The translations under genes were made by a program, and so were the position numbers. From NCBI GenBank assembly GCA_904063045.1, contig CAJFCJ010000010.1:620001-684000 (forward strand): a DNA stretch of 64,000 bases, in the 5' to 3' direction. The stretch comes from Dimorphilus gyrociliatus (lineage: Eukaryota > Animalia > Annelida). The notes under the pieces are model-generated. The model had not been told where the DNA came from. It did not search any database and saw only the letters and a list, made by a program, of their open reading frames with translations. Positions 63,569-64,000 of the stretch are shown in pieces (position 1 is the first letter of the stretch; each line of letters opens with the position of its first letter).

Positions 63569-64000
63569 GATAAGATACTAAATGAAATGTTTGAAAAATA
63601 TAAAGAATTGTCTATGTATTCCATTCGAGTGCTGATAATAAATATTTACTTACGATGCTTCAAGAGCGATGATAGTTATTTAATTTATAAATTTAAATTG
63701 AACGATTAATAATAAAAAGTTTTTAAACTTGTGATTAAAATATTCAAGCTCGTCTCGTCTGCCGACTGTTTAGTCAATCATTTTTTGAAAGTGGAAGAAG
63801 ACTGACTATATCTTTTCGCATTTATACAAACATAGTTGCTAAAACAAGCTATTAGCCAGTCTTTAATATAAAAAATGATTATTTATTCAACCTAGTAGCC
63901 TTTTCATATTAAAAACTTATATCTCTAAGGTATAATTAATAACATCGAGTTTAAGTTTATGTTTTCAATAATTAAATTTTTTTTTTATTATAAACTTTGA

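Noticed and set aside
1-64000. CRISPR arrays, rRNA, operons, intact transposase or RT ORFs
   Set aside because: No regularly spaced direct repeats, rRNA signatures or long TE ORFs were seen; the DNA is spliceosomal-intron-rich eukaryotic sequence.

Overview
AT-rich eukaryotic DNA from a compact invertebrate animal genome: many 54-90 nt GT-AG introns, an innexin and a Cys-loop receptor. A miniaturised lophotrochozoan such as an annelid is a plausible source, but that is inference. Most genes are split into exons too short for the ORF track, so I rebuilt them by hand from splice signals; every multi-exon model sums to a multiple of 3. In order: a possible gene end at the left edge; GLYR1/N-PAC (-, 14 exons) with an intronless LRR-Ig-TM gene nested antisense in its largest intron; GCNA/ACRC (+, head-to-head with GLYR1); a non-alpha nicotinic-type receptor subunit (-) that needs a 7-nt microexon; MRNIP (+); a 10-finger C2H2 gene (+); an LHFPL/TMEM211-like tetraspan (+); a Lifeguard/TMBIM gene (+); an unrecognised 95-aa Cys-rich protein (+); an innexin (+); and CNBD2 (-, tail-to-tail with the innexin) with two further candidate upstream exons. 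The best leads are: dispersed TATA-C(A/T)G-TATA motifs matching Tc1/Sleeping Beauty excision footprints, the frame-critical 7-nt microexon, the hidden Cys-rich microprotein, candidate variable first exons for CNBD2, and the 11-residue repeat tail of the nested receptor. No rRNA, tRNA, CRISPR array or intact transposase was found.
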